Positions 50,456 through 63,309 of a DNA stretch of 64,000 nucleotides are shown here, one piece after another. The notes below the pieces were generated by a model, which saw only the letters and a program-made list of their open reading frames with translations, was not told where the DNA came from and ran no database searches. Origin of the DNA: Sphyrna mokarran (taxonomy: Eukaryota); the NCBI GenBank assembly GCA_024679065.1, contig JAGIQG010000009.1:107446001-107510000 (forward strand), read 5' to 3'. Position 1 is the first letter of the stretch. Each line of letters opens with the position of its first letter. A program made the translations under genes and the position numbers.

Positions 50456-53400
50456 CTGTAGAGAACGAACAGTCAAATACAGTAATTGCTTTAATCTATT
50501 CACTCGGTCAACTTATCGAAATAGTTAGGATTTTTTTCCCAATTTCTTGTGTACTAGTGCCCCGCAGGTTGTTCATTGCGTATTGTATCCAAAGTTGGAT
50601 GCCTTGGAAAAGCAGCCAGCATAATTAAGGACCCCAGACACTCCGAACATATTCTCTTCCATCTTCTACCGTTGGAAGAAAGATTTTAAAAACACCACCT
50701 GTAGCAGAGTCAAAAATTCCCTGTTGCTATTGGACTTTTGATCGGAAACAGAAAATGCTGGAAAGTTTCAGCAGGCCCTTTGTTTTGATTCTGGTTATTC
50801 ATTCAACAGAGCTGAAAGGAGAGCAATGAAAATCAGACGTATACTATAAGTTGGGGGGAAGTGGGCTTTAGTTGGACAACGGAAATGTAAATGATGATGC
50901 CGAAGGAAGAGAAAGGTACTAAAAGTGTCCGTTAAGGGGATTGGAATGTGTGAATAGCAGAAAAGAATTGAAGAGATCTCCCAGTCTGCGTTTGGTGCCT
51001 TTGATGTACTTTCTGAGCTAGTCGACATTGGAGGGACCAAACAATGACTGGGTGACGGCTTTGTAGAACATTTTTGGATCATCTGCAAGCAGGACCCAGA
51101 CCTTCTTGTCGCTTTGAGTCTTAGCTTTTATCACATGTTTTTATATGATTGCAGAAGCTTTGAGTGATCATTTTTGCTATCTGCAGGTTTACTTTCATAC
51201 TCTATTCCCCCTTAATCAAACTTTTGGACTTCTTTGCTAAATATTGAAATTTTCCTAATCCCCTAGATTGCTACTTTTCCTAGCAAAATTATAGGAGTCC
51301 TGTTTAGATCTAATATTATCCTGAGTGGTGGCATATTTGGGCCACTTTTCTTGTTTTGTTTTTGCACCAGAAAGAGATATATAATGGCTGCAATGCATAT
51401 CTTATTTTCTTAAGTATTAGCTACTGCCCAGCTACCATCATAGGAACGATAGAAACCATAGAATCCATGTAGCGCAGAAGGAACCCATTGGACCAATTCA
51501 GTTTGCACAAATCACAATTACATCAGCCCCTATCTGCGTAGCCCCTCTTATTTAGCATGGTAGTCTCCCTGAAACTGAAAGTCAATTTAGCATGGCCAAT
51601 CAACCAAGCCCACACATCTTTCCATCTTAATGAAGAATTCTGTCATGTTACTGACACTGTTCCCTAAATGATTACGCACAAGAAAGTGATTAACTAACCC
51701 ATTGTCAGTGTATAAGTATAAATCTATGATGAAATGTTTCCTCGTTGCTTCATAGTTGAACATATTGGTTAACAAAAAAACACGCACATATATATCACAA
51801 TATTGTTGTTAATTTGCTTTGCCCAATCAATGGGTAGAGTATTTTACATTCATCCATGTGGTGTAGGCTTCTATCTCATTACCTTTCTCTAAACGCCCTT
51901 CTACAGTGTAGCCTGCTTAGCCATCTAGAATTATAGAATCCTTCAGATTGAGGTTATTCGGCCCATCCAGTCTGCACTGACCATAATCCCATCCAGACCC
52001 TCTCCTCATAAATTTACCCTAGCTAGTCGCTCTGATGCTAAAGGGAAATTTACCACGGCTTATCCATCTAATCTGTTTGGGACGACTATGACAGGAAACC
52101 GGAGCACTCGGGGGAAACCCGTGCTGACACGGGGAGAATGTGCAAACACCACACAGTCAGTGACCCAAGCTGAGAATCGAACTTAGCTGTGGCGAACAGT
52201 GCTAATTACTGTGCCATCGTCTCTTTAGACATGTCTTTCTTGCATTTTTGTACAATTTATGTATCTCTACCTAATGGACTTATAGAATGGAGTTCAGGAG
52301 CCAATCAGCATTGATGAGACTCGATGGGTCGAATGGCTTATTTCTGCTCCTAGATCTTATGGTAATGTGGCCCTCTATCTCAGATGCTGCAGGGCTGCAA
52401 TGATCAACATCGATACGAAGGCAGTAAACCATGGAGGAATTTGAAATCTCATCAAGAGCCATCAATTAAATTTAGGAAGAATACAAATGAACGGTGAATG
52501 GGTTGTGAGCAAGTTAAGTTAGGAAACGAAATGTATAGGTAACGAATGCATGGACGAAGATTTTCGCAGCACGGAGCCTAAGGTAGAGTTAGGGTGTGGG
52601 ACATAAAGCAGATAGACGTGCACAATCTTCCTGATCGTACGAAAGGATGGTCAGAATCAAATATGGGGTCGAATGAAATACCAAGTTGGGAAATGTCTGA
52701 CTCAGTTTGAGAGAATTACTCGCAATTGAGACAGTGGACATGAAGGTGAGTTTGTGATGGGGACAGAAAACGATGGCATCAACCTTCCCAATGTTTGTTG
52801 CCGAAAATGTCTGGTCTCCCAATTTCAGTAATTAGAAACAATTCGCTTGAATAATACACGGGGCGATGACATGCTTCTTCCAGCCCACGCATCACCTGGC
52901 TGGAATGACGATTATCTCCATGCCAACCATCCCAACAGCCCATAACGCACTGCAGGGGCTGTCAGCCAGGGCTACGCTTTCATCATCGTACCCAATGCAT
53001 CCAATTGTATTGGCCCTGAGCTACATCAATCTCGAGAAAGCCAGGAAGGCGTGAATCACAGCTACCTGGTCTGCAGGTAGGCACACAAACCCCAGTGCCT
53101 TCGGAGAAAGAAATTCCAGAGTCTCGGTCCAAATAGGTTTGGTAGTATTGCGGACAGGGAGTACTGTGGGAAGAGAGCACGATTTGGGGGATATGGGGGC
53201 GAGGGGTACGTTAATTTCAGAGAAGGAACAGGCAGGAAGGAGTTGGGCTCAATATTCAATTTAGGTGGCAGGCCCTGTATTCGCGTTTAGTCAATTTCAG
53301 GGTTAAAAAAGACTTTTGGTTCCACATTTTTGCCCACGCCAAACGCATTATGTCCAGATACAAAAATCAGACAGTCTCACATTTAACACTATGCCCCAGG

Positions 53401-54776
53401 CTAATATAGAAATAACTTTGAATTATATGCTTTAATGGTGTACAAGTTAAACAAATAATTAATATAGAAATGGATAAATGAGCGTTAATCTTGATGGATT
53501 CAAAATGAACACTTTCCTCGTGACTTCTTTCTCAGAACTATATAGTGAATATTTTAGGAATAATTAGTTTGATCTGTTATTGAAAAGAAAAAGTTTAAAG
53601 AAAGGCAGATGGTAGCATATAGAAACGTACCTTTAACAGTTACCCGTGTGCCCCTTCCAGTTCCTTTGCCAATTAAGAACAAAACGACTTCACAATAATA
53701 CATCCCGGAATCATTCCGATTTGCCTCCATGATTGTAATTTGGCTGTATTTTAAAGATGGTTCACGTTTCTCCAAAACTCGGCCTACAAATCTTTCAGAT
53801 TTGTTCAAAAACAAATTCTCTTTCCGACCTGATACCTCCTTGTACCAGTAGAATACAAAAACTGATATCTTGTTTGACGCAGTAAATGTACAGGAGATTT
53901 GAAATTTCCCTCCTTCTGTTGCTTCGATAATCTCTGGGCTTTGAATTACTTTGACGTCGGCAATAGCAGCAGCTGTAATACAGAAATTCCAGTTATACTT
54001 GTTAGACAAACCTGCTCCTCTCCTCAAACTATTGTCCTGGCACCTTGCCAATAATTCATCTGCAAATTCATTCAAAGAATCCCTACGACCATCCCTTGAT
54101 CTTCAGTAGGAAGATGACCACTGAATTTTCAATTTGAACCATTTTGGTGTGAACAATTCCTTCTTCCCCTGCAGCCTTTAACCCCGAGCAATTTTCTGAG
54201 ACTGTTAAAAGGCAATACAAGTACAATACTGCGATTTCTGGAAATCCGACATTAAAACACAAATGCTGAATAAAAATCCGGCAGCGTCTCTGGAGAGGGA
54301 AACAGGAGTTAACGTTACCAGGAGTCCAACGACGTCTCCGACAATGGACTGGAAACGATAGATGTATCGATAACCACAGATGTGGCTAGATCTGCTCACT
54401 TTAGCCAGAGTCTTCTGTTTTTATTTGTGTTAACAGCCAATGTTAAACTCCTCCGGGCACTTCTCTAATCGTTTCATAAGAAGTGGTATTGCACACGTTA
54501 CGAGCAGCACCAGGCAACACTAAGTATCAAGTGACGACCTGGTGTCGATACAAACATGCAAACTAAACGATAAAAGCAACATGTTATCAATACTGATCTA
54601 TCCAAAACTAACAGATCACATCTAACCTCTGCACAGTTGCCCCAACAACTTCTCAAGGACAATTAGTATGTTGTCCTTTTTGGTGAAGTCCACTTCCCAT
54701 TAATAAATGTAACAAGAAATACAACTAAGTTTCAAGACTTACCAGAAATTAGCAATATACTCATAACTGGATACAT
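50262..54776 (-). CDS. NCR3: Gene C: NKp30/NCR3-like activating-type receptor (TM arginine, short tail without ITIM); join(54743-54776,53631-53972,50262-50455), ~189 aa
   Basis: 570 nt open frame: MYPVMSILLISAAAIA|DVKVIQSP...YYCEVVLFLIGKGTGRGTRVTVK-GWEQPDNTRYSLQRQLIAMGVRLAVFAALIIITISLVYCCEFRGSPKLLAAEREEGTTAGSISW*. The single VJ domain, short stalk, N-terminal TM Arg and short tail match mammalian NKp30 architecture. The symbol denotes family, not proven orthology. Confidence 0.78.
50740..51115 (+). mobile_element. Penelope-like element fragment (GIY-YIG remnant)
   Basis: 51021-51113 translates as VDIGGTKQ*LGDGFVEHFWIICKQDPDLLVA, similar to the YIGETKRRLGDRFAEHL region of PLE endonucleases; partial paralog ~25300-25530. 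Confidence 0.6.
53631..53972 (-). CDS. Gene C Ig V-set (VJ) exon
   Basis: 342 nt, open frame, DSGMYYC...GKGTGRGTRVTV. Confidence 0.9.
54743..54776 (-). CDS. Gene C leader exon (MYPVMSILLIS)
   Basis: 34 coding nt, G|GTAAGT donor, paralogous to the other leaders. Confidence 0.85.
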
Positions 54777-57700
54777 GTTTCAATTTTGCCTGTGAATATA
54801 ATAAGGGAAACAGGGTTATAACGACAATTTATATTTGCATTCATTTTTGCAGCTATAATTGCAAGTTCCTTACACATGACAATGCACGCTTTTGCTCAAC
54901 CCTTTATCTCCAATTTGGTCGTTCATTTATTTACAAATTTAGTTTTGCATTTATGGAGGAGAAAGTTTGTGACGTTCCCGTTCTCGTCCGCCTTAGATTA
55001 GAGCAACATCTGTACAAACCTAGGCAGGAAATGGAGACATTCCAGGATGGGCACAATCAAACATGAGTTGGATGGGTCCAACGGTTCGTTTCCGAATCAT
55101 AATTTGTACATACTTAGACGAGAATCTGCCACTTCTAGAGTTTTCATCACAATTGAAAATAGAACTCACATTTAATTTTATATAACATATATTTTTCATG
55201 GTATTGATTAACAGGTTGACGACCTGAAAACTCAGTAGTATAAGGATGGACAGTTTGAGCCTTTACTTAATGGAAAATGAGAACTGATCTTCTTAACGCA
55301 TACGATCATAAGGCAGCATAATACGCCACAAAACGAAAAGATGTTTTCACTTCTGAAAGAAACTAGTACTAAAGGACACAGTTTCAGGATAAGGTGATGT
55401 TTGAGAAGGAAATAATGAGCATCGCATCCCCTTCCACACCCCGAGCAAAATGTTTTTAGTATATGAAATTCTCTTGCTAAAATATAGTGAGGGCTGAGTC
55501 GTTGAATTCAATCAAGACCGAGTTAGAGACATTTGGATAGATAATCGAGTCAAAGGCTATGGGGAGAGGGCGGCAATATGGAGTTGAGACCCTTTCAAGA
55601 TTCGACATGATCTTATTGAATGGTGGAGCAGTTTCGAATAGCTGAATAGTATATTTTTGCTCCTGAATCTTATCATGGAATCCCTGCAGAGGAGAAGGAA
55701 GCCCAATCAGCATACACCGATTCTCTCACAAGGTATTCAAATAAGGAACTCTCCTTCGCCCTATCCCATAACAACACACATTTACCAGGGCACATCTTTG
55801 CACTGTCGCAGGAACCCGGAGCACTCAGAGGAAACTGACATGCACGCTCCACTCAGACAGTCACCCAAGGCTGGAATTGAACCCGGCTTCCTAGCGCTGT
55901 GAGGCAGCAGTGCAAATCACTGTGCCACTGTGCTAAAAGCGTTATTGTGCTTAGTTAACTGCTCGAACATTTCACACACAACGGTGTTTTCAACATCCAA
56001 ATCTAGAGTCAGGACTGCAGAAATTGTTCCCTTTGTTACTCTTCCCATAACGTTCTTAGAATTCTTTACATTCACCTGAAAGAACAGAAACGTCCTCGAT
56101 TTAGCCGCATATATAAAAAAGACACTTTTCTGAGGTGAACATCGCTGCTTGAGCCAGCATTTACTGCCCTTCCCTAGCTTCCCTCAATTTCAGGGGACAC
56201 TTGAGAGTCAACTACATTGTTTTGGGTCTGGAGTGACTTATAGGCCAGCCCGCGTAAGGATGACGGATTCCCTTCCCTAAAGGACATTAGTGAGCCAGAC
56301 GGATTTTGCCGACAATCGATAATGGTTTCACGAAAACATTTGAGTTTGAAATCCAGATTAGTGAATTCAAGTTTCACCATCTAGCGATCTGAACCCGGGC
56401 ACACAGATATCGTCCTGAGTTACGAGTCAAATGTCAATAGCACTACACCACTGCCTCCCCTACCCCCGCCATGCGTTCCTACCTGAGAGTATTTTGTGAC
56501 CAAGTGGGACTTCAACCCATCAACTTCTGATTAAACGGCGAGACCTTTCGAAATCGTAACTTGTGGCGAATTGCGATTCCAGTAACTTCAGTAGGCCCGA
56601 CTATTCGGCATGTGCTACATAAGTGGACTTATGTAATTCTGTGTGTTCCTGTCCCAGATTGACGTTTATTTCCTTCTTGTAGTTTCAAGTCCAAGGGTGC
56701 ATTAGAGAGGCTTGGTGAGATGCACTTGGAACCCGGAACTCTTGTAAGACATGTTTTAACAGAAGTCTAAAAGAGACTCACCAACGCTGGAAAGGCGGAA
56801 GTGTTTCAGACGGGGAATTTGAAGACAGACAAAAGCAACAGCAACTGTGTTCTCATGCTGGGTGGGGGGCGAAGTGTGGTGAAAATTAGAGACAAAGAAT
56901 TGATGAAATGACCACTTAGAGCTAAAGGATGACTCTTGGGTTAAGGGCAGACTTAGAAATAGGGTGACGAATTTCTGATTCGAGTTATTGGTGAGCCAAG
57001 GTGCAGTTAAATTCAACACATAACGGAACCCGAACTGTCTCTATCAAAACTCTCTCTGTTTGTGTGTATGTCGTGTATACGTATATTCATTTTGGGATGT
57101 GGGTGACTCCGGAAAGACCACCATTTCTTACCCACTCCTAAGTGCCTTTGGAAGGGTGGTTGGACGAATCTACTCGTATACGGATAAGAATTTAGCGTTA
57201 GCTTATAACAGAAATTAACAGTGTATAAAGTGAAAGCACGAACAGTAGAAACACATCAAATAAGGAAGTGGCTTAGTATAAAGACTAGAGGAGCATTTCG
57301 GAGAAAGCGGCTAATGCTCTGAAGAGGAGGCTCACTGACTCGATAAGTTAACTGTATTTTTCTTTCTCCACAGATGATGGCAGACTCGCTGAGTTTTTTT
57401 TTCTGCACTTCTTATTTCTATTTTATATTTTTAGCACCCGCAGCACTTTGCTTCAATTTTAATGTTCTGGAGGCATAGTTACAGCTTAAATTCATAAACT
57501 AATTCAAACAATCCGGAATATAATGTTTTTTTCAGTGATGATGACCATGAATCTATTGTCGTATTGTCGTTAAAATCCATTTACTTTACTAATGTCCATT
57601 AGGGAAAGAAATCCACCATCTTTACTCGTTCATATCTACATGTTGGTAGAAACCCTTCGAGTTTTGCTCGACTCTTAAGTTCCCTTTAAGATGGCCTCGT

Positions 57701-57861
57701 GAGTCTCCCACGCCAATGGAAATTTGGGTAACAAATGTGAGCCTTACTTTCCATTTCTCTCTATTTAAAATCGAAGTTATCGAACAGTAAAAAGGTATGC
57801 AGTTAAATTGTGAACATGACTTCTGCTTTACTAAGAAACAGGACGATAAAAATCTACTTAC

Positions 57862-57959
57862 GTTAACTTGACAGAGAAATTTACTGTCGACTTCTGCAAT
57901 TATCTTTCACATGTACTATTTAAAAAAGTTTCTGGAACAAATACGGGAAGTATGACGTC
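57862..57959 (-). promoter_or_regulatory. Putative promoter and first exon of gene C
   Basis: Paralog of 20155-20253 with the same donor and ETS/CRE motif. Confidence 0.45.
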
Positions 57960-59636
57960 TCACAGCAATTAACGAGGCGCGTCAGTATTTTCTAGAAGAA
58001 CAAGAAAGAGAGATTAGGAACTGAAATTCATGGCAATTGCAGACAACATGGCCTAATAACTCCATATGGAGTATCTCTGAATAGAGTAGAATAGGATCCA
58101 GATCCCCTAGAGCGATTATGATTATTCCAAGGAATAAATGACACTGACACTGCTTAGGTGCATTAACCATGAGAAATTCTCCATCAGTATATCCGAACAG
58201 GTTCAGGAGGGTGGCGATTGAGCGATTTTCACAGTAACTTCATTGCTGATTTTGTCGATATGATCATTGTTTAATTCAAGTTGTGGCTAGATGCATATAC
58301 ATACTTAACTATTTAAGTATAGTAACAATATCGAATGCCACTCTTATTGACATTTCAGTCTCCAAGTATTTGTCAATATACTGCTGCAAGTTTCATTGCT
58401 TTGAAAGTTCAAGAGATGACTGAATCCTCGCGGAATGGCCAAAGTAACCAGATGCGGAATTAGAAACTGCAGTTACCATGAGAAAAAAGAGATTTTAAAA
58501 ATTCTTGTTTGTGTTTTATGAAAAGCTATGCTTATATAGTTTATAAAAATAGGTAAAACCTCGCCCTCTACAAGCATACGAATGAGGAGCAGGAGTAGGC
58601 CATTCGGCCCCTTTGAGCCTGCTTTATCATTGAATAAAAGCATGGCTTATTTGCCTGTAGCCTCAGCTCCACATCCCAAGTGCCACAATTAGCATTTGTC
58701 TGTTTTGTTAGCATCGACCTAAATTAGGCTTATGATTGTCCATTAATTCTACCTCCAAGGAAAAGTGTTCTAAAGACTAAAGAACCTCTGAGAGAATACA
58801 AAATCTTCTCCTCCCTCACCTGGAATGCGAGACCATTTATTTTAAAAATCTATATCTTCATCCTGGTGTCTCCCACAAGCAAAACCGGTTCGAGGGAGAG
58901 CTGGGCTGAAGTATCATTCAAATGTGAGTCAACAAGAAGAATCATGAAATAGCGCCGGCCACTGTAATATCAGAAAACATGTTTTCTGTGGGATTAATCA
59001 GCAATAGCAAGGAATAGCTCATCAATGTGGCCACATAGCTTTCAGTTTCGTACAACAGCGCCATCGCGTGGAGAATTTTAGAGCTGCCCGAAATATTGCA
59101 ATAGGTGCCAAAATCATTGTATATGCAATTGGTACATGAGACTCAAGTCAGACCGAGATGGAATTTTTTGAGGCTTTGGCTGACAAGGTGGAGGCTTGAT
59201 GAATTTTAACTTTTAGATGCCTTCTGAGGTATTGCGAGATCTGGAAACTTCCAAAGTTAAGGCTACCACGCTGGTCACCAGAAGCATACGTCACGACAGC
59301 AACGAGATATTAAAGGGAAGACCAGGTACGAGCTGCTGCCATAGTTCTGGACAAGTCTAGAATACAACTTACCGTCAGTAAGTATTGAGTTTTCACTGTA
59401 TCGGAGACTGCATGAGATCTCTACCCTAAGATGCTAGCAGTTAAAACTGGTTCAGATAGCAACCAGCAAGGACATATCAAAGTACCCCTACTCACTGGCC
59501 TAGAAAATTTACAGCAGATAATACTTTCTGGGTTTCCTGAGACACGCAGTGTTGGTGCATCTGAATGAGCGACTTTGGCGAGATCAGAGATCAAATATCC
59601 AGATTCTTTCTTCAGAAAAAATGTTGTTTATTATGA

Positions 59637-59937
59637 TCCATTCTTTCGTTTATATTTTCATCCATTCGTCCATCCAGCTATTCATCCCTCTTTTCGTCCA
59701 ACCGTCTGTCTTCCTGTCCGTCCATCCGTCCATCCCTCTGTTCGGCCATCCATCTGTCCCTCCATCCAATCATTCATCCACCCATCTATCCATCCGTCCG
59801 TCCATCAGTCCATTAATTTATTCATCTACTCATCTATTCGTCCTTTCATTCATCCATCTATCCATACATCCATTCATCCACCCGTTTGTCCATCCAGCCA
59901 CTCGCCTATCCATCCATCTATCCATCTGTCCATCCAT
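59637..59937. repeat. Degenerate (TCCA)n microsatellite
   Basis: Seen directly; generates spurious ORFs. Confidence 0.93.
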
Positions 59938-62900
59938 GTATTTGTTAAGTTTAGGCTGCAGTCCAATATGGAGATGGACTTACAGAGGAAGAGTTTCAGT
60001 TCCGGTAGTTAAGACACTGTTTTTCGAATTTAAAGTAGGTCTTGCTATTCTTTGCTTATAGTCTTTTAGCTGCCTTTGCTGACAATATTAAATCTTGTTT
60101 TCGAGGTCAACATTAACGTCTAGGCAACGGAAACGATAAAATTTCAGTTCCGCAGTGTTAACAACGGAAATTACACGGATTATAGTAGAATTTCCATTTT
60201 CAGTTCTGTAATGCTTAACCCCTATCCCGGAGCAATTAAGTTTGACAATTTCATCTATCTCATCAAAACATCTTGTCCTTTCACTCGGGAGGATTACATG
60301 CTTATTGCCAATTAACGCAAGTACATGGGTGTGCCTGAAGAGGGAGCAAGCGGAGCATTTGGATCCTTCATGGCCTAACATGCTCCGTGGCACTAACGGG
60401 TCTGTTAACCATATTATTTCAGCTTTCATTTATGATTTAATTTTTGTTTTATGCTATATTCCTTTAAGGGACATTCACTTTAATTTGTCCCTCAGTTTAT
60501 TTGATTCAGTTTATTTAGTTATTTGGTTTACTTCAAAATAATAAACCGCTTATGTCAAAAATCTCATTTTCATCTGACCTTAGCAAGTTCCCTAAAAGAG
60601 GTAGCATTAATTTTACTTTCTGTTTGTTTTTTTCCATATTGCGATGCACTACTGGAGTTTCCGATTAATTTCAACGCACAATGGTTAGCACTGCTGCCTC
60701 ATAATGCCAGGAACACGGTTTCGAGTCCTGGCCTCGGGTTACTGTGTGGAGTTTGCACATTCTCCTCGTGTTTGCATGGGATTCCTCTGGGTGTTGTGCT
60801 TTCCTCTTACAATCCAATGACGTGCTCATTAAGTGGATTGGCCATGTGTTAAGTGGACTAGCTAGGGTAAGTGCATGGGGTTGTGCGGATCGGACTTGGG
60901 TGGGATTTTGGCTGATGCAGATTCGATGGGCCGTATGGCCTCCTTCTGCACCACTGGGCTCTATGACCCAAATGTAGATGCTAATTTCCAGCATTATGTA
61001 TGGCATGGAGGATGGTAGGCTCAAAAATCATCATATTGCTTCAACCACTGAATGATTTCCATGCTTGTTGTCCAAAGCGAACCTGTTGCTCCTTTTACAC
61101 TGGTCTTCCCCAAACCTTTATCTCCCACATGAAACTACTTTTCTCTATAGAGCAATTTGATGAGTATTCCACATTAACACTGCAAGATTTAATTGCTAAT
61201 GCATTCGGTTTGACATGGTTGATCATTCTTGTTTTGCACGGTTGCCTTGGCTACAGAATTCCCTCTAAATTAACTGTTGGGGCATGTTTTATAGAATATT
61301 TCTCAGTATAGCAGACATGGAGTGATAAGTAAAAATTATGTTTATTTCATTCTTTGTAGGTTTTAGTCAATAAAGTGATTGCAGATTCATTGATGGATTT
61401 TTACTTCACAGTCATCTATCCAAAGTAAGTATGATAAGTATTGTTGATGTCTCGGTAGAAATCAAACTACTTCCTTCCCTATATCTAGGTCATCACTTGC
61501 CGACAGCTTTCCACATTCCACTAGAAATTTGTTTAGCCCAATTATGCCTACTTGCTTATCCAGTAACTGCTTCCTGCAACAACATGGGCTCATTACTCTA
61601 AAGGATATTTCGCAGCTTTATGAGTTAAATATGTCAGCGTGTTGTCGTGATAAACTGTTAGTTTTAACTACCCGATTTTAGTTGCTCCCGTGATAATGTT
61701 TTAACAACAGAAAATAGTCATTCTTCCGTGTCTGATTTGCCTTGCAGGTGTCTAACTCGTGGACATTTGTTTTTGCCTTTGGGTACTTGTTCCCCTTTTC
61801 GATTACAATGGTGTAGTATTATTGCCCCTGGACAAGTAATCCAGAGACCCAGTGAAATTTTCTGAGGACCCGAGTTGGAATCCTTCCAAGGCATATGGTG
61901 ATATTTGAATTGAATAAAAATCTCCAATTCAAAGTCCAATGATGATCGTGAAATCATTATTTATTGTTGGAAAAACCCAACTGGTACACTAAAGTCTTTT
62001 GGGGAAGGAAATCTGCCGTCCTTTCCCGTCTCAGTAAGAAGCTTCACAACAAAGTCCAACAGGTTTATTTGGTATCATGGTCGTTCAGAGTGCTGCTCTA
62101 TCATCATGTGAGTGGCTTATGTGATCTGGCCTACATGCGACTACAGCCCACAGTAATATGGTTGACATTAAATGCCCTCAGGGATGGGCAATAAATGCTG
62201 GCTCCACCGACGACGCTCATATCCTATAAACGAAAGAATTTTTTTAAAAAAATGCAGGAAATGGAGAGAAGGGTTCTCGACTATTTTCAAATATAAACCT
62301 CTCTTGGTGATGTGAGTACAACTTAAGGAGAGCATTTTTACGTTTTTGCTTTTGAATTTTCTATCCCTTGTTAAAGAAATCAAAAACGCTTGCATTGTAA
62401 CACATATTTTTCTTCTGCATAAAGATGAGTGATACAACCAGGCATGTATTGATAGTTTTGCTTCGGGTACACAATATGAACTTTGTTGCAACACTGGGCA
62501 ATAATTCAATCAAAATTTTGAGCATCGTCTTCATCCGAAATTTCACCTTTTTGGGGCCGCGGCAATGGCACAGGTGGAACGATCCCTTTAGAGGCGACCC
62601 CTGGTTTGCTTACACGGTGTTCACCGGCTTTTCGGTCAATCCTGTGATCTAAGCTTAAAAGTTCTGCAGCTCACTGTCCCTGCAGTTGCCGCTAGAGTCC
62701 TCCCTGGAGATATCCAACAGCGGCTGATGATGCCCCAACCTCTTAGGGTACCTTCCATGTCGTTGTTGAACCCGAGATAGGAAGATGTCAAATCTAAACA
62801 ACTCCTCATTGACGCTCACCAGAAGCTTAAGTAGACGAAAAGAGGAGGTTATTGGAGAAGGCAAAGAAACGAGAATAGATCTTGGACTTAATGTATAAAA

Positions 62901-63309
62901 ACAGGCAAGAAAGGTTCTCGAAAGAAATATTTGATCGAAGTAAAAAAATATTTATTATTAGGTTCATTAACACTGCAATGAAGTTGCTGTGAAAAATTCA
63001 CTAGGCACCACACTCCAGCGCCTGTTCAGGTACACTGAGCGAGAATTGAGCATGGCCAATGCACCTAAACAGCATCTGTTTTGGATTGTGGGAGGAAGAC
63101 AGAGTGCCCAGAGGAAACCCACACACAAACATGGGGAGAACGTGCAGACTCCATACAGCCAGTGGCTGAAGCCCGAAATAGAACTTGGATCCCTGCCGCT
63201 GGAAGCAGCATTCTCCACAAATCTTGCTCGTCCAGAGAACGCAGGCTGAGGTGATTTACCATGGCCTTGAAACAGTTTGAATACATTTTGAGAAAATGCT
63301 TCATCAGCA

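Noticed and set aside
10667-53972. Rearranging Ig/TCR V gene segments or a germline-joined Ig cluster
   Set aside because: Each V exon already contains the J-like G strand and ends in a splice donor. I found no RSS heptamer/nonamer next to the exons and no C1 constant exon; V splices directly to TM exons.
51120-54776. Gene C as a truncated or secreted pseudogene
   Set aside because: An in-phase, open TM exon exists at 50262-50455.
59549-60061. Long ORFs rich in HPSI/IHP or IYLS (also 47877-48360)
   Set aside because: They are translations of tetranucleotide microsatellites.
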